Assembly (NCBI RefSeq): GCF_963921235.1
Contig: NC_086097.1
Coordinates: forward strand, 7,812,001-7,876,000
Length of the DNA: 64,000 nt
From: Mobula hypostoma
Taxonomy: Eukaryota
Direction: 5' to 3'
Position numbers and translations under genes: made by a program. Positions 25,485-38,935 of the stretch are shown here, one piece after another (the first letter of the stretch is position 1; every line of letters starts with the position of its first letter). The notes below the pieces were generated by a model, which was given only the letters and a program-made list of their open reading frames with translations, made no database searches and was not told where the DNA came from.

Positions 25485-27398
25485 AGTGCTACCATTTAGG
25501 TTGCTGCTGCCTACTAATGTCACACTGAAAGCTTTGACTGACTGCCCGTCTAGTTCGATTTTTCTCAACTATTCATGTCCAGAAGGTGGTGGTCCTCCAC
25601 TTTTCAATACATAAGGTTCTAGCTGTTGTGTTTGGCCTCCATACATCACATTTACATTCAGTTTGCTTTTGGGAGACACTTTTTCACCTGTGTCGGTCTT
25701 TAGCATCACTGAGGTCTTTTCTAATGGTATCTTAGGAAACAGTCTGTTGTAGTCAGCCTCTGGAATTATGCTGACCCTGTATCCAGTTTTACACCAGACA
25801 CCTCTATTGCGATCCAGATGATTTTGTGAGCTGCTTCAGTTATACTATGCAATTCTAGCTTGACAGTTCATCTTTGTCTGACTCTATGTTGTCTGATTCT
25901 CATTCGGTAACTTTACACATTTGCTTAGTTTTGTTTGAGACTTTTCACTCGGTTGTGCTTTTTGTCTGCCTTGCACACTCTCTCTACGTGACCTTGCTTG
26001 TGACGTTTTCTGAAAATTTTTTCTTTGAACTGACAGTCATTTTCATCATGGGAGGATTTCCCACATTGATAACATTTTTGGGTTTTTGCACCATTCAGGG
26101 ATATTTTGTGCATTTCACATTCTAACCTCCTTTTCTGTAGTTCTGCTGCATCCTTTGCTACAAGCTCTAACAATACTGCAGAGTCAATGCCCTTTCTAAG
26201 GTTAGGCCTCTTTCGGATAGTATCCCCTTTTGAGTGTTTTGATTATGCATGCCACATGCAATCCTGTCCCCTAATGCATCAGAAAGTCCATCTCTGAAGT
26301 CACAGTTCTGGGAAAGTTTACGCAGTTCTGCAATGTATTCAGAAAGGCTTTTACTTTTTGACTGGTTCTTTTTGTAAAATCTAAGTCTCTCAACTATTAC
26401 CAGCAGTTTAGGGCTCAAATGATTTTGTAAAATTGTAACAATTTTGCTTTGATTTACTCCTCCATGTTGTTCGCATTACAATACAGTTCAACCCTCTTGA
26501 TATATGACTCCCAGCCTTCATTGCACTATCAAATCCATCAGCTTTCCCAACTGAAGCCATTGCCATGCTATTTTCACTCTAAATTCAGCGCGTCTTTCAC
26601 TGTTACTATGCTGTACTTGCGCATTTGTTAGCGATTGTGATGGTTTTGTCGTGCTATTTAACTCTCGTTGTTCCATCCTGTAACTGTCTGTACAGTTTGT
26701 GATATTTTCTGACATTCAGGTTTGTACTCATCATCAACTTGTTGTGTCTATGCACATCTACGTTACTGGCTGGGAAACAGGAACATACTTAGCTACTACT
26801 TTCAAACTTTATCAAAGCTATGGATGATGATGTGATGTGTTTTACAAACTATTCAGAGCTGTCAGAAGACAAAGTGTTCTACGATCTTTTGAAAGCTCGA
26901 TGTGCTCTGGTGGGTGCTAATCTACTGCTCTCAACACAGTGGAGAAAAAAAACATTAAAACTATTGCAGCAAAGTAGATTTCCTGCTAGTGCTCCAACAT
27001 GTCAATTAATTCATTTTGCTTTTCCTATCATGTCAAAGAGTTTATTTAATTGTTTATTTAGAAAAACAGCATGGAACGGGCCTTTTCGGCCCTTCAAGCA
27101 GCACCGCTCACCAACCCATCTACTTAAACCTAGCCTCATCACAGGAATTTTACAATGACCAATTAACCTTCCATCTGGTACGTCTTTGAAATGTGGGAGG
27201 AAACCCACGCGGTCACAGGGAAGATATACAAACTCCTTACAGGTGGTAGGGGGAATTGAACCTGGGTCACTGGTACAGTAAAGCATTGTGCTAACCACTA
27301 CACTACTGTGCAGTTATTTACAATTGTTTCCATGGATTTATTATTAAAACAACTATGTAGACTGGTACATATGAAATGACACTACAGTAAATACAGTA

Positions 27399-27985
27399 GA
27401 TGAGGTTGTATAAGGCATTGGTGAGACCGAATCTGGAGTATTGTGTTCAGTTTTGGTCACCAAATTACAGGAAGGATATAGGTAAGGTTGAAAGAGTGCA
27501 GAGAAGGTTTACAAGGATGTTGCCAGGACTTGAGAAACTCAGTTACAGAGAAAGGTTGAACAGGTTAGGACTTTATTCCCTGGAGCGTAGAAGAATGAGG
27601 GGAGATTTGATAGAGGTATATAAAATTATGATGGGTATAGATAGAGTGAATGCAAGCAGGCTTTTTCCACTGAGGCAAGGAGAGAAAGAAACCAGAGGAC
27701 ATGGGTTAAGGGTGAGGGGGGAAAAGTTTAAAGGGAACATTAGGGGGGGCTTCTTCACACAGAGAGTGGTGGGAGTATGGAATGAGCTGCCAGATGAGGT
27801 GGTAAACGCGGGTTCTTTTTTAACATTTAAGAATAAATTGGACAGATACATGGATGGGAGGTGTATGGAAGGATATGGTCTGTGTGCAGGTCAGTGGGGC
27901 TAGGCAGAAAATGGTTGGGCACAGCCAAGAAGGGCCAAAAGGCCTGTTTCTGTGCTGTAGTTTTCTATGGTTTCTATGGTTTCTA
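27399..27985 (+). mobile_element. Young CR1 3' end (same subfamily as 49024-52970)
   Basis: Open 167-aa RT C-terminus, nearly identical to the 49.0-49.6 kb copy; (ttctatgg)n tail. Confidence 0.93.
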
Positions 27986-28050
27986 AGACAGTGCCAACAC
28001 ACATAACAAAATAACTAATCAAAGGAATAAATAATGTTTGATGTTTGGAG

Positions 28051-28235
28051 AACACAAGAGATTCTGCAGATGCTAGAAATCTAGAGCAACACACATAAAA
28101 TGCTGGAAAAATTCAGCTGGTCAGGCAGCATCTATGAAAATGATTGATGTTTTGGGCCTGTGAATCTTGATGAAGGGTTATGGCCTGAAACATCAACTGT
28201 TCACTCACTTACATGAATACTGTCTGATTGATCCT
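28051..28235. mobile_element. Penelope pLTR remnant as inverted pair
   Basis: Minus half (tgcagatgctagaaat..ggcagcatctatg) then plus half with ttgatgaagggttatggcctgaaacatc. Confidence 0.65.
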
Positions 28236-28303
28236 TGGCAGAAGTTTTCAATCTTCCTATGACAGATATCCTTGCAAATGCCCGTGTACCGTAAAGAACT
28301 TAC

Positions 28304-28429
28304 CAATTTGACTTCTGACAGCTAGTTGTAGATACAGGTCATGCTGCTGTCAGACAACGTGAGTTACACAGATATTCTGTATCATCAAAACAGGCAGAAA
28401 GATCCCAGTATCCCAATGGAAAACTAATG
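28304..28429 (-). other. Candidate spliced exon (no fully open frame)
   Basis: gtccttttcAG acceptor; G|GTAAGT donor. Confidence 0.4.
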
Positions 28430-31244
28430 CTGAAAAGGACATCAAATAATGATGATTTATTTTATTATCTATTTATTTATTGAGATACAACATGGCCCCT
28501 CCGACCCTTTGAGCCACACCACCCAGCATCTCCCCAATTAATCCTATCCTAATCATGGAATAATTTACAATGACCAATTAACCGACCAACCAGTTAGTCT
28601 TTGGACTGAAGGAGAAAACCAGAGCACTTGGGGGAAATCCATGTATTCAGGAGGAGAACGTACAAACTCCTTTCAGACAATGGCAGGAATTGAACCCGGG
28701 TTGCTGTTACTGTAAAGCATTGTGCTAACCATTACGATACCGTGCCACCCTAATTGAAAATACTTAATTGCTTTTGTTAACAAATGGTAACATTCCATCT
28801 CAGGGATTCATTATTGCTTTAATCTAGCCAATTGGTTTAACTTGGCTCTTAACTGAGCCATAGAATGGCATGGCATTATATAACTAAGAATTTTAAAATT
28901 ATGTTATAAACTATTCAAGTTCAAGTTCAGGTTCAGTTTATTACCATTCAAACGTATTCATGTATACCACTAAATGAACAATGTTCCTTCAGACCAAAGT
29001 GCACAACACCGTACATATAACACACACACACACAAATAAACTAACAGATACTGTGTAATAGGTGCATTTACAACCCAAGTTAAAAAGTGAAGAGTGCAAT
29101 GGTATTGGTGCTTCATAAGTTATGTGTTCTCATGTCATGGCTTTTCTCCCTGTTTAGTAAATAGTATATGGTTTTATACTTTCCAGGAAAGTGCATGACT
29201 ATACACTTTCCTACACTATATTCCATCTACCATTTCTTTGCCCATTCTCCTAATCTGTCTAAGTCATTCTGCAGACTCCCTGCTTCCTCAACACTACCTG
29301 CCCCTCCAACTATCTTCATATCATCCACAAACTTAGCCGTAATACCATCAATTACCTCGTCCATATAATTCACATATAACATGAAAATAAGCTGTTACCC
29401 ATCCTAACAGCCTTTGTCCTAATACTGCAGTGCCTACTAACTAATTGTAAGGATTCAAAGAGGTTTTTGGACAGATGAGAGGGATCATTGCCAATGCTCA
29501 GTGCCCTGCACAAGCAGCACTCTGGATAAATATCTCTGATGGGTGGAAGAGAGTCCCCAATGATCCTCTCAGCAATCCTCACAATATTTTGCAGGGGCTT
29601 GTGGTAAGCTGTCTTGCAAATCCCATATCAGAGAGTGATGCAGCTGGTCGGGACACTGTCTGTGATGCTTCTGTAAGAATTGGTCAGAATGGGAGCCTCG
29701 CTCACCTTAATCTCCACAGGAAGTGGAGATGCTGCTGTGCTTTCTCAGCTAAAGCTGTGGTGTTGAGAGACCAAGTGTAGTGAGGAGTAGTCAGGCTGCT
29801 TCTTCCTATATATAAGAATAATTGCAAAGTGTATTAGCCTAGGAATTCTGAAGGAGAAATTGCTGAAAATACTCAGCTTCAGTTTCACAGGCAAACCCAA
29901 CCCTGTGCTTTTCAATTAAATTTATGGACTTGAAAAGTAAGGTAACAGAGGTTGGAAATTTGAATTAAGAATGGAAGAAGGTTAAAAATTTTCTGAAGGT
30001 GAAGAAGCACCGGTGAAGAGAAAAGAGCAGAATCAGCATTTCAGATTGACGATCCTTCAGCAGAACCAATGAAACTGGGAAAGCAATTACACTGCACGCT
30101 GCAGAGAAGAGGGACTGACTGGTATTAGGAACAAAGGAAATGTCTGCGGAAGGCTGGGAACCAAACTTAACTGAATGACCTAAGTGGTTGTAGTGTTGGC
30201 CTAAAGAGAGTTTATTAATCACAGATGATCTGTCAAGAGGCGGTGGGAAGAAACGATGGAAGAAGGAAGAGAAGAATAGGGAAACAGGAAGGATTGCTGG
30301 AACTTGAGGTATGCATTAAAGATGCAAAACTGCAGCAGTTTGAAATAAAATAAAGACACACTCAACTGGTCAGACAGCATCTGGAGAGAGAAACAAAGGC
30401 AACATTTCCTGATAATGAACTGGCCAGATCCAATACAAACTGGAAAGGCTGGTTATCTGAAAATTTTGGGATCACTGTTGAGTCAGTAACATGCTGGCTA
30501 CAGATTAAACTGCTGTTCTCTGAGCTTACACTCTGGAGACTAGAGACTAGAATGTTTAGTCTCTAGTGCTCTTCACCCTACCTGAAACATGGAATAATGA
30601 CTCTCTTAGCAGATGCTCTCTGACCTTCTATTATTTATTTAGCGATACAGTCCTTCTGGCCCTTCAAGCCATGTTGTCCCAGCGATCTCCAACAAACCCA
30701 ATTAACCCTAACCTAATCAGGGGACAATTTGCTATGACCTATGAACCTATTCTGTACATTATTGGACTGTGTGCGAGAAACTGGAGAACCCAGAGAAAAT
30801 TCACATATTCCACAGGGAGGATGTACAGAAATTCTTTACAGAACAGCACCAGGATTGAGCTAGAACTCTAGAAAGCCCTGAGATATAATAATGTTGTACC
30901 AACTGCTATGCTACCATGGCACCTCATCATATATTTCCTCTTTTTTGTTTCGGATTTCCACCATCTGCAGTTTTTCACTTTACAGCTTTCAAAATATAAA
31001 TGGAAAAAATCAAAGATATTTTTGTGCTTTTTAATTAAACTTCTTGTCTAAAATTTATTGCTAACTGTGCTGTTGGAAATTATAGAATTGTTCTCAAAGT
31101 GGAAGACATGCATGTACAGGGATCACAGGGCATGCATGGTGATATTCATCTACTTGCTTTGCACAATGATGCATGGTGCTGCAATTTGTTGTAGATCTTT
31201 GGTTGTGAAGGGGCAGACCTAAAAGACTATAATGTAAAGAATCC

Positions 31245-32553
31245 CATCCTGTCTCTTGCAAAAACGCCATCCCCTTCTCGCAATTCCTCCGTCTCCGCTG
31301 CGTCTGCTCTCAGGATGAGGCTTTTCATTCCAGGACGAAGGAGATGTCTTCCTTTTTTAAAGAAAGGGGCTTCTCTTCCTCCACTATCAACTCTGCTCTT
31401 AAACGCATCTCCCCCATTTCACACACATCTGCCCTCACCCCATCCTCCCACCACCCCACTAGGGATAGGGTTCCCCTTGTCCTCACCTACCACCCCACCA
31501 GTCTCCGGGTCCAAAATATAATTTCCATAACTTCCATCACCTCCAATGGGATTCCACCACCAAGCACATCTTTCCCTCTCCCCCATTCTGCTTTCCACAG
31601 GGATCGCTCCCTATGTGACTCCATTGTCCATTCGTCCCCCATCCTTTCCCACTGATCTCCCTCCCGGCACTTATCCTTGTAAGCAGAACAAGTGCTACAC
31701 CTGCCCTTACACTTCCTCCCTTACCACCATTCAGGGCCCCAGACAGTCCTTCTAGGTGAGGCGACACTTCACCTGTGAGTCGGCTGGGGTGATATACTGC
31801 ATCCAGTGCTCCCGATTCGGCCTTGTATATATTGGTGAGACCCGACGCAGACCAGGAGACCATTTCGCTGAATACCTATGCTCTGTCCACCAGAGAAAGC
31901 AGGATCTCCCAGTGGCCACACATTTTAATTTCACATCCCATTCCTATTCTGATATGTCAATCTATGGCCTCCTCTACTGTAAAGGTGAAGCCACACTCAG
32001 GTTGGAGGAACAACACCTTATATTCCGTTTGGGTAGCCTCCAACCCGATGGCATGAACATTATTTCTCTGACCTCTGTTAATGCCCCTCCTCCCCTTCTT
32101 ACCCCATCCCTTATTTATTTATTTATTTGTTTGTTTGTTTATTTATTCTCCCCCCTTTTCTCCACTCTTTTTTCTCCCTCTGTCCCTCTCACAATTACTC
32201 CTTGCCTGCTCTCCATCTTCCTCTGGGTTACCCCCCCCCCTTTCTTTCTCCCTTGGCCTCCCGTCCCATGATCCTCCCCCTTCTCCAGCTCTGTATCCCT
32301 TTTGCCAATCAACTTTCCAGCTCTTGGCTCCATCCCTCCCCCTCCTGTCTTCTCCTATCATTTTGGATCTTCCCCTCCCCCTCCCACTTTCAAATCTCTT
32401 ACTATCTCTTCTTTCAGTTAGTCCTGACAAAAGGTCTCGGCCCAAAATGTCGATTGCACTTCTTCTTATAGATGCTGCCTGGCCTGCTGCGTTCACCAGC
32501 ATTTTGTGTGTGTTGCTTGAATTTCCAGCATCTGCAGATTTTCTCGTGTTTGT
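31245..32553 (+). mobile_element. Penelope-like element 3' part: RT thumb, GIY-YIG endonuclease, pLTR
   Basis: IPFSQFLRLR; CKQNKCYTCP; GVIYCIQCSRFGLVYIGETRR; EQHLIFRLGSLQPDGMN; pyrimidine-rich tail with a degenerate hammerhead at ~32419-32456. Confidence 0.92.
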
Positions 32554-32979
32554 GAATGTAAAGAATCACCAGGTTACTAAAGAATCCTGCAATTTGACAC
32601 AGTTCATCTTCAATTTATTTGAAATAATGTATCACAAGTTCACTGAATATATTATTTCTTCCATGTTCAAGTCATTCTCCTTGGGTGTAAAGAGACAAAA
32701 TACAAAATATTAAACACTAAGAAAGCAAAAAGTATAAAAGGAAGAATCTACACAACACGTCTTCATTAAATTAATTTGGCTTAGTGTGGTACCTTAGTGG
32801 TAAATCATATAAAATGCTTTTACCCAATAATGAAAAATTGGAAATTTTGAAATCAAAGCTGGTTTGTGATAAACATTCTCAGTCGACATGGTTTCATACC
32901 ATAATTATTAATTTACAAAATTAATACTTGCACTAATTATGCCAGCTACTGTAGTTTCAGATATAGCAGTCTCATGTCA

Positions 32980-33526
32980 TAGAGTCATATATAGAAAAAT
33001 ACTTTACAGAAACAGGTCCTCTGGCCCATTTAGTCCATGCTGTATCATTTAAACTGCCTACTCCCATCAACCTGCAGACCACAGCCCTTCAAACCTCTAC
33101 CATCCATGTACATATCCAAACTTCCCTTAAACTTTGAAATTGAATTTGTATGTACTGCTTGCACTGACAACTCATTCCACACTCTCACAACCCACTGAGT
33201 GAAAAAGTTCATCCTCATGTTTCCCTTAAATTTTTCACCTTTCACCCTTAACCTATGACCTATTCTTGCAATTGCACCCAACCTCAGTGGAAAAAGCCTG
33301 CTTGTTTTTACCCTATCAATACCCCTCATAATTTTGCATGCCTCTATCAAATCTCTTCTCAATCTTATACTTTCCAAAGAGTAAAGTCCTAACCTATTCA
33401 ATCTTTCCATTTAACTCAGGTCCTCCAGTCTTGGCAACGTCCTTGTAAATTCCCTTTGTTCTCTTTCAACCTTGTTTACATCTTCCGTGTTAGGTAGGTG
33501 ATCAAAACTGCACACAATACTCCAAT
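32980..33526 (-). mobile_element. CR1 3' fragment
   Basis: RLNRLGLYSLE..NFFTQWVVRVWNEL. Confidence 0.85.
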
Positions 33527-34109
33527 GTCTGAAGTTTCAGTATCAGACAATGTTGGGAAAATGCAAATTACCCTTGAAAAATGTAGAAGAATAATGCAAA
33601 TGACAAACATTTAAAAGGTAAAACATATTACCTCACATTTATACGGGAAATAGCTCTTAGTCTAATGATCAATTAAATGAGAAGAATAATTCAATTTCAA
33701 TATGTGGGTAAAAGAACACAGCTGGAACAGTAACACCTGTGTAAGAGACATGTGTTAGTTTTTGTTAAACATTTGCTGCTACAACCTGTACTTCAAAATG
33801 AAGGAAGGATGGGGGAAGATACAACACTGCACTACATGAATATAAACAATAAAACTAGCATTCCAGAGAGGATCAGTACTTTCTCAGCCAGAAGACCATA
33901 GTCTTGGCATATCCGTACCATCAGGTTAGAGGATCCATAACATTAAGCCATTAGTGGTTAGGATGGGAAACAACTTCTTCCCACAGGCTGTAAAACTACT
34001 GAATTCCCTGCCATGATCCAAGTCCCATCATGCAAGAAGCACCAGTGGTGTAATACTGCTTAATTTTTAACTTGTGTTGTAAATACACCTTATTGTCAGT
34101 TACACATAC

Positions 34110-34545
34110 GCAACTAAATCTGCAGATGCTGGAAATCCAAAGCAACGCACACAAAATGCTGGAGGAACTGCAGCATTCCCCCTTCCTGTTTCCCCCTCTC
34201 TTCTTATCTGCTCACCCTCCCACCACCTTTCTCTGGTGCTCCTCCCACTTTCCTTTCTTCCATGGTCTTCTATCCCATCCTATCAGATACCCCCTCTACA
34301 GCCTTTTATCTCTTTCACCGATCAACTTCTCAGGTCTTTACTTCACCCCCTTCCCCTCTCCTGGTTTCGCCTATCACCTGGTATTTTGTACTTCTTCCTC
34401 CCCTCCCCCCACCTTCTTACTCTGACTTCTCTCATTCCTTTCCATCTCTGATGAAGGACCTCAGCCCAAAACATCGACAGTTTAATCTTTTCCATAGATA
34501 CTGCCTGACCCTGCTGAGTTCCTTTGGTATTTTGTGTGTGCTGCT
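34110..34545 (+). mobile_element. Penelope pLTR remnant with short inverted 5' piece
   Basis: ctgatgaaggacctcagcccaaaacatcgacag motif plus conserved pLTR end. Confidence 0.7.
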
Positions 34546-35083
34546 TACTATTGGTTAATTGATTTATGGTAATATTACTTTGTGTTGCGTGTGAGTTATA
34601 CGCTCTGTGTTGTTCATCTTGGTTTGGAGGCATGTTTTATTATTTGGCGTATACATGAGTGCGGTTGAATGACTATTAACTGACCTTGACATCCAGCTGT
34701 GAATGACTTTGTGACAATTAACAATTTGCTAACAGGAGCAGGCAGCTCTGCGAATATTCCCATCCCCAATGACAGAAGAGCCCAGAATGGGTTGAAAAAA
34801 AGACAAAACTGAAGCAGTCCATTTTTAGTTAGAGATGTCATAAACATTTCTCCTGCATTGCTGGTATCCTGGCTGTAGCATTGAGCATAAAATCAGAAAA
34901 AAAAAGCAAGGATACAATGGAGGTTAAAGCAATTCTGATGAAAGTTGATTTTCTAGTGAATTTGAAACCTTGGCTCGTTTTCTCTTTTCCCAGGTGCTGC
35001 CTGATTGGTTGAATTTTTCCAGCATTTTCTACTTTTATTTCAATTTTACTTTGTCATTTTTTTTTCTTGCTTTTCAATTACAG

Positions 35084-35207
35084 CGGAGACTAAGACTTGT
35101 GCACTCCAACTGGCTACATTTGGAGACAAGCTATTTCGGTCCAGTTCCAAAACAGTTGTGTTTACAATAAGGTGGAAAATCATTCTTATGCATTCTGTAT
35201 ATTAAAG
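35084..35207 (+). other. Candidate plus-strand exon (non-coding or decayed)
   Basis: Long polypyrimidine tract + ttacAG; AAG|GTAAGA donor; a stop codon in every frame. Confidence 0.35.
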
Positions 35208-35344
35208 GTAAGACAAAATTGGTCCAGTCACTTACCATTTCAGCAAAACACATTTATATGTTTGTGTTTATTCCTTCATTGTCGTGCATTATTGGCAAGG
35301 CCAGCAACTCTTCATCACTAATAATCCTTGAATGTAGTAGATTG

Positions 35345-35655
35345 CTAAAACTACCCTAATTCCCAACCCTAGCCCTCACACCCCACAACCCCAGGCCTAC
35401 ACCCACACAAACCCTGGCCCGGCCAGGCACTTCTCTTACCTCCGCCCCCCAATCCTACCCCTAACCATAACATCCACAATCCCCTCTCTCCAGCCTCTCA
35501 GCTACATCCCAGCCCTACCCCTATCCCTAATCTAAACACTGGCCCACACCCCCACAAACTCTGGCCCATATCCACCAAACCTGAGCAATCATTCCTTACA
35601 GTCCACCCCGCCAAAATCAACTACAAGCAATAACCCCACCACCCCCGCAGACCCT
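35345..35655. repeat. C-rich low-complexity tract with degenerate CCCTAA/CCCTAG/CCCTAC units
   Basis: ccctaattcccaaccctagccc..ccctaacc..ccctacccctatccctaatc. Confidence 0.55.
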
Positions 35656-36209
35656 TAGCATATTCATAACCCTATGGCAGATAAAAGAAGGAGGAAGATC
35701 CCAATGCAGGCAAGTAGAGTTGGATAAGTTCATGAAGACAAGATCGAAGTGTTGTGTCATGTGACACTGAATCTCCAGTAATGAGATCAAGAAACACAAG
35801 AGAGATAATTTTCACACAGCCTGAACAATTATATCTTGACCTAACCCCAACTCTAACTGTAATGCTAATGGCAAAAGGCCATTTCAGAGGCCTTGTTCAC
35901 GAGTCTCTCACTAACATGAATATTTACCTGTCACACCCCTCAAGGAATCTTACATGTCTGAATAGGATCTCATCTTGTTCTTCTGATCTCCAAGACCCAA
36001 ACCATGTAGCTTCTTTTGGAAGGACAGCCTTCTGATCCCAATAATTACCTTGGTGAATCTCCTTAGATATACCTCCATTGTTAGAAATTCCTTTTTGTAT
36101 GGAAGGGGAAGGGGCGCGGACAAAATTGTGGTCAGTATTCCACATATGGCCCTACAGAACTATAACAAGACGCTAATATGATTTAATACCAAGCCCTTTG
36201 AAATACCTA

Positions 36210-36845
36210 GGCGGGAGGAGGTGATAGCAGTGAGCCGTGCGTGCGCAGCTCTCTGGTGAAAATGATATCATATCCGTTAAATAGGGGCCGTGGACAATTC
36301 TGATTTTATGGAGACAGACGTGAAAGCACAGAGGAACATCTGCAGAAATTTCTGAAACGCCGGTTCGTTGCTGCCGTTACCGCGCGATCGAGAACCTTCT
36401 GGAGGGAAGGCCTCAAAATCCTTGGCTTTGCCTGCTGTTGGCGACCGAGATTGAGGTCAAATCGTTCAGATAGCGATGGTGCTCAGTACTCGGTGTCGGA
36501 GAGCTGATCGGAGGCTCGATGTTTTCGGACGACTCAGAGTCGGACTGTGGTCGAGCATGGCAGGGAGAGTTTTCTTCCTTCTCCTGTCTGTGAGATGTGG
36601 GACTTTCGTGAAAATTTGAACTCTTTTACTGTGCCATGGACTGTTCTTCATCAAGATATGGTATTGTTGCACTGTTGAAACGATATGTTATAATTATGTG
36701 GTTTTGTTAGTTTTTTTCAGTCTTGGTCTGTCCTGTGTTTTGTGATATCACACCGGAGGAATATTGTATCATTTCTTAATGCATGCATTACTAAATGACA
36801 ATAAAAGAGGACTGCGTGCCCTCATAATCTAATCTAATAATCTAA
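36210..36845 (+). mobile_element. Second copy of the ~680-nt non-autonomous element
   Basis: Colinear with 10850-11526; tail ataatctaatctaataatctaat. Confidence 0.75.
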
Positions 36846-37334
36846 TATATGTCAATGCGCCATTTTCCTCCTTGCTGGACCTGCTAGCTAACCTGCTGTG
36901 ATTCATGCACTAGAATACTTAACATCTTCTGAACTTCATTTGCTGAATTTATTTAATTTATTTTAATTTAATTTTATTTATAAATGTAGCAAGGAACAGG
37001 CACTTCCAGCCCAATGAGCCACAATGCACTGTAACCCACCGATTTAACCCTACACAAATCACTGGACAATTTACAAGGAGAGTTGACCTACTCCTCATAA
37101 TTTTGCATACCTCTATCAAATCACCACACATTCCAAGGAGTAAAGTCCTATCCTATTCAATTTTCCTTCTGACAAATCCAACTAGAATGCTGGTGTCAAT
37201 GTTTTCTCCACATAGAAATAATTGTAAATAGTTTTAATGCAAATTCAGATGTATATGCATTCGTCACAAAACTACCCCAGTTGAAACTGAAACCTCTTTA
37301 ATTGTCTTATACTATAATGATAATCCTCTCCAAG

Positions 37335-38525
37335 GATCATCACTTTATCATGGTGGAAAGGCTTGCGAGTTCCTCAGGTCCCAAGAATGGCACTGTCTGG
37401 AGTTTACCCACCTGCTGCTTAGCTCTTGGCAGGGTCACCCATGGTGGTGAGGTCAAAGGGAAATTTCCAGACAAAAAGTGATCAAGCCAAGACCTCATTG
37501 TTGGAATTGGCAGAAGCCAGTGACTCATCACAGTGGCAGGGAAGGGTCCCCAGTTGTCTTGCATTACATTCCACCCTGATTAGTCAAGGATTGTGTGATA
37601 GCTACCTGTGCATCAGCCTCCACATGTTAAACAAAGTCATCAAAGGCATTCTCCACTAAAGGAATCCACCCTAACATTCTGGAGTTATGTGAATCCTGAT
37701 TGGCCTCTACAGCCAGCTAAGGACCTACCAATAGACACCCCCTTAGGAGAACATGATTCTCGAACTCAGTAATTGCACTACTATTATGATAATGCATTGA
37801 CATCTTTATTTACGAAGAATGAATACAACATATCATCAGGGCCTGACATTGTCATTCTGTCAGAAACCTCAAAGCAGCTGGTCAAGGTAGAACTAACAGT
37901 TCCTCGGGAAGACAAGATTGAGGAAGTGTTGGTGCGTAAGAAAGCCGAATACCAGGAGCTGGTAGAGCAGTGTCAGAGATAGGGGTGGAAGGCACACTGT
38001 GGGCTTTACCCGGTGGGGTGTAGAGGTTTTTCAGGCTGCTCACTGTGCAGAACGTAATTTCTGCTTGGCGTTATGGGGGCTGCAAAGAAAAGAGTCATTA
38101 TCATCGTCACAGAGTCTGCTGACCAAGCCTCCAAATGGCTATGGATCAAGAGGTGTGACCCATGGACCAGTGCTGCCAGGACACAAGTTAAGCCTAATGG
38201 ACCCTGGCTGGGTCATCTGGATGCAAGTTTCTGATGTTATTTACTTATTTATTGAGATACAGTGCAGAATAGGCCCTTCCGACCCTCCAAGTCGTGCCAC
38301 CTGGAAATCCTCTGATTTAATCCTAGCCTAATCATGGCAAAAGTTACAATACCCAATTAGCCTACCAACCAGTACATCTTTGGACTGAGGGAGGAAACCT
38401 CCTTGGTCATGGGGAGAATGTACAAATTCCTTACAGCTGTGGTGGGATGTTGAAAGATCCAAAATACCTGATGACCCCTGCTTACATCACTGATAATGCA
38501 CCTCAGCACGTCCTAGGATGTATCT
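37335..38525 (+). mobile_element. HERO/R2-group non-LTR element remnant (restriction-like endonuclease), internally deleted, SINE inserted at ~38235-38447
   Basis: PDIVILSETSKQLVKVELTVPREDKIEEVLVRKKAEYQELVEQC, then VGCRGF (gtggggtgtagaggtttt). Linkage of the 5' part (37335-37760) is inferred. Confidence 0.75.
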
Positions 38526-38935
38526 TAGTATCAGAGTCTTTCCTGTAATAAACCAATTGAGAAAATGTACCTTTGGATCACACTCAGAATGTTCACCTTG
38601 TTAATGATATTTTTCCTCATTAGAAATAAAAATCCAAGAATAATTAATAGGATGATGTAAGTGAACAGACATCCTTTTCATCAGCTGGTTACTACCATGC
38701 TGAATTGCTTTAGACTGCTTTCATAAGTACTTTGAGTAAGATAATTTTTAATAATAGCATAATTTTGTCAGCAGGAAATAATTATGGAACAGGATGAACG
38801 AATTAGCAACCTGCTGGGATGTAATGCCTTGGAGGAAAGAGAGAAAGCTTCAGCCATTTTCTGATGCTTTTTTTCAATACAAGTCTCGTGGTTTTGGAGA
38901 TGGAACTTAAACAGATTGTGTTAGGTGTCACTCAC

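Larger units (their letters stand above)
21775..26860 (-). mobile_element. Gypsy/Ty3 LTR retrotransposon, decayed gag-pol with 5' LTR remnant
   Basis: Gag CCHC knuckle CYQCGKSSHDENDC; RT/RNaseH (APAIWQRAMDQVLQ, SYLGLVNEY, DHQPIVSIF); integrase HIDFAGPF..VDAHSKWP, IVSDNG, LAERFIQT. Confidence 0.92.

Noticed and set aside
32081..32713. 210-aa Leu/Pro/Ser/Phe-rich ORF suggesting a membrane protein
   Set aside because: Translation of the pyrimidine-rich Penelope tail; a compositional artefact.
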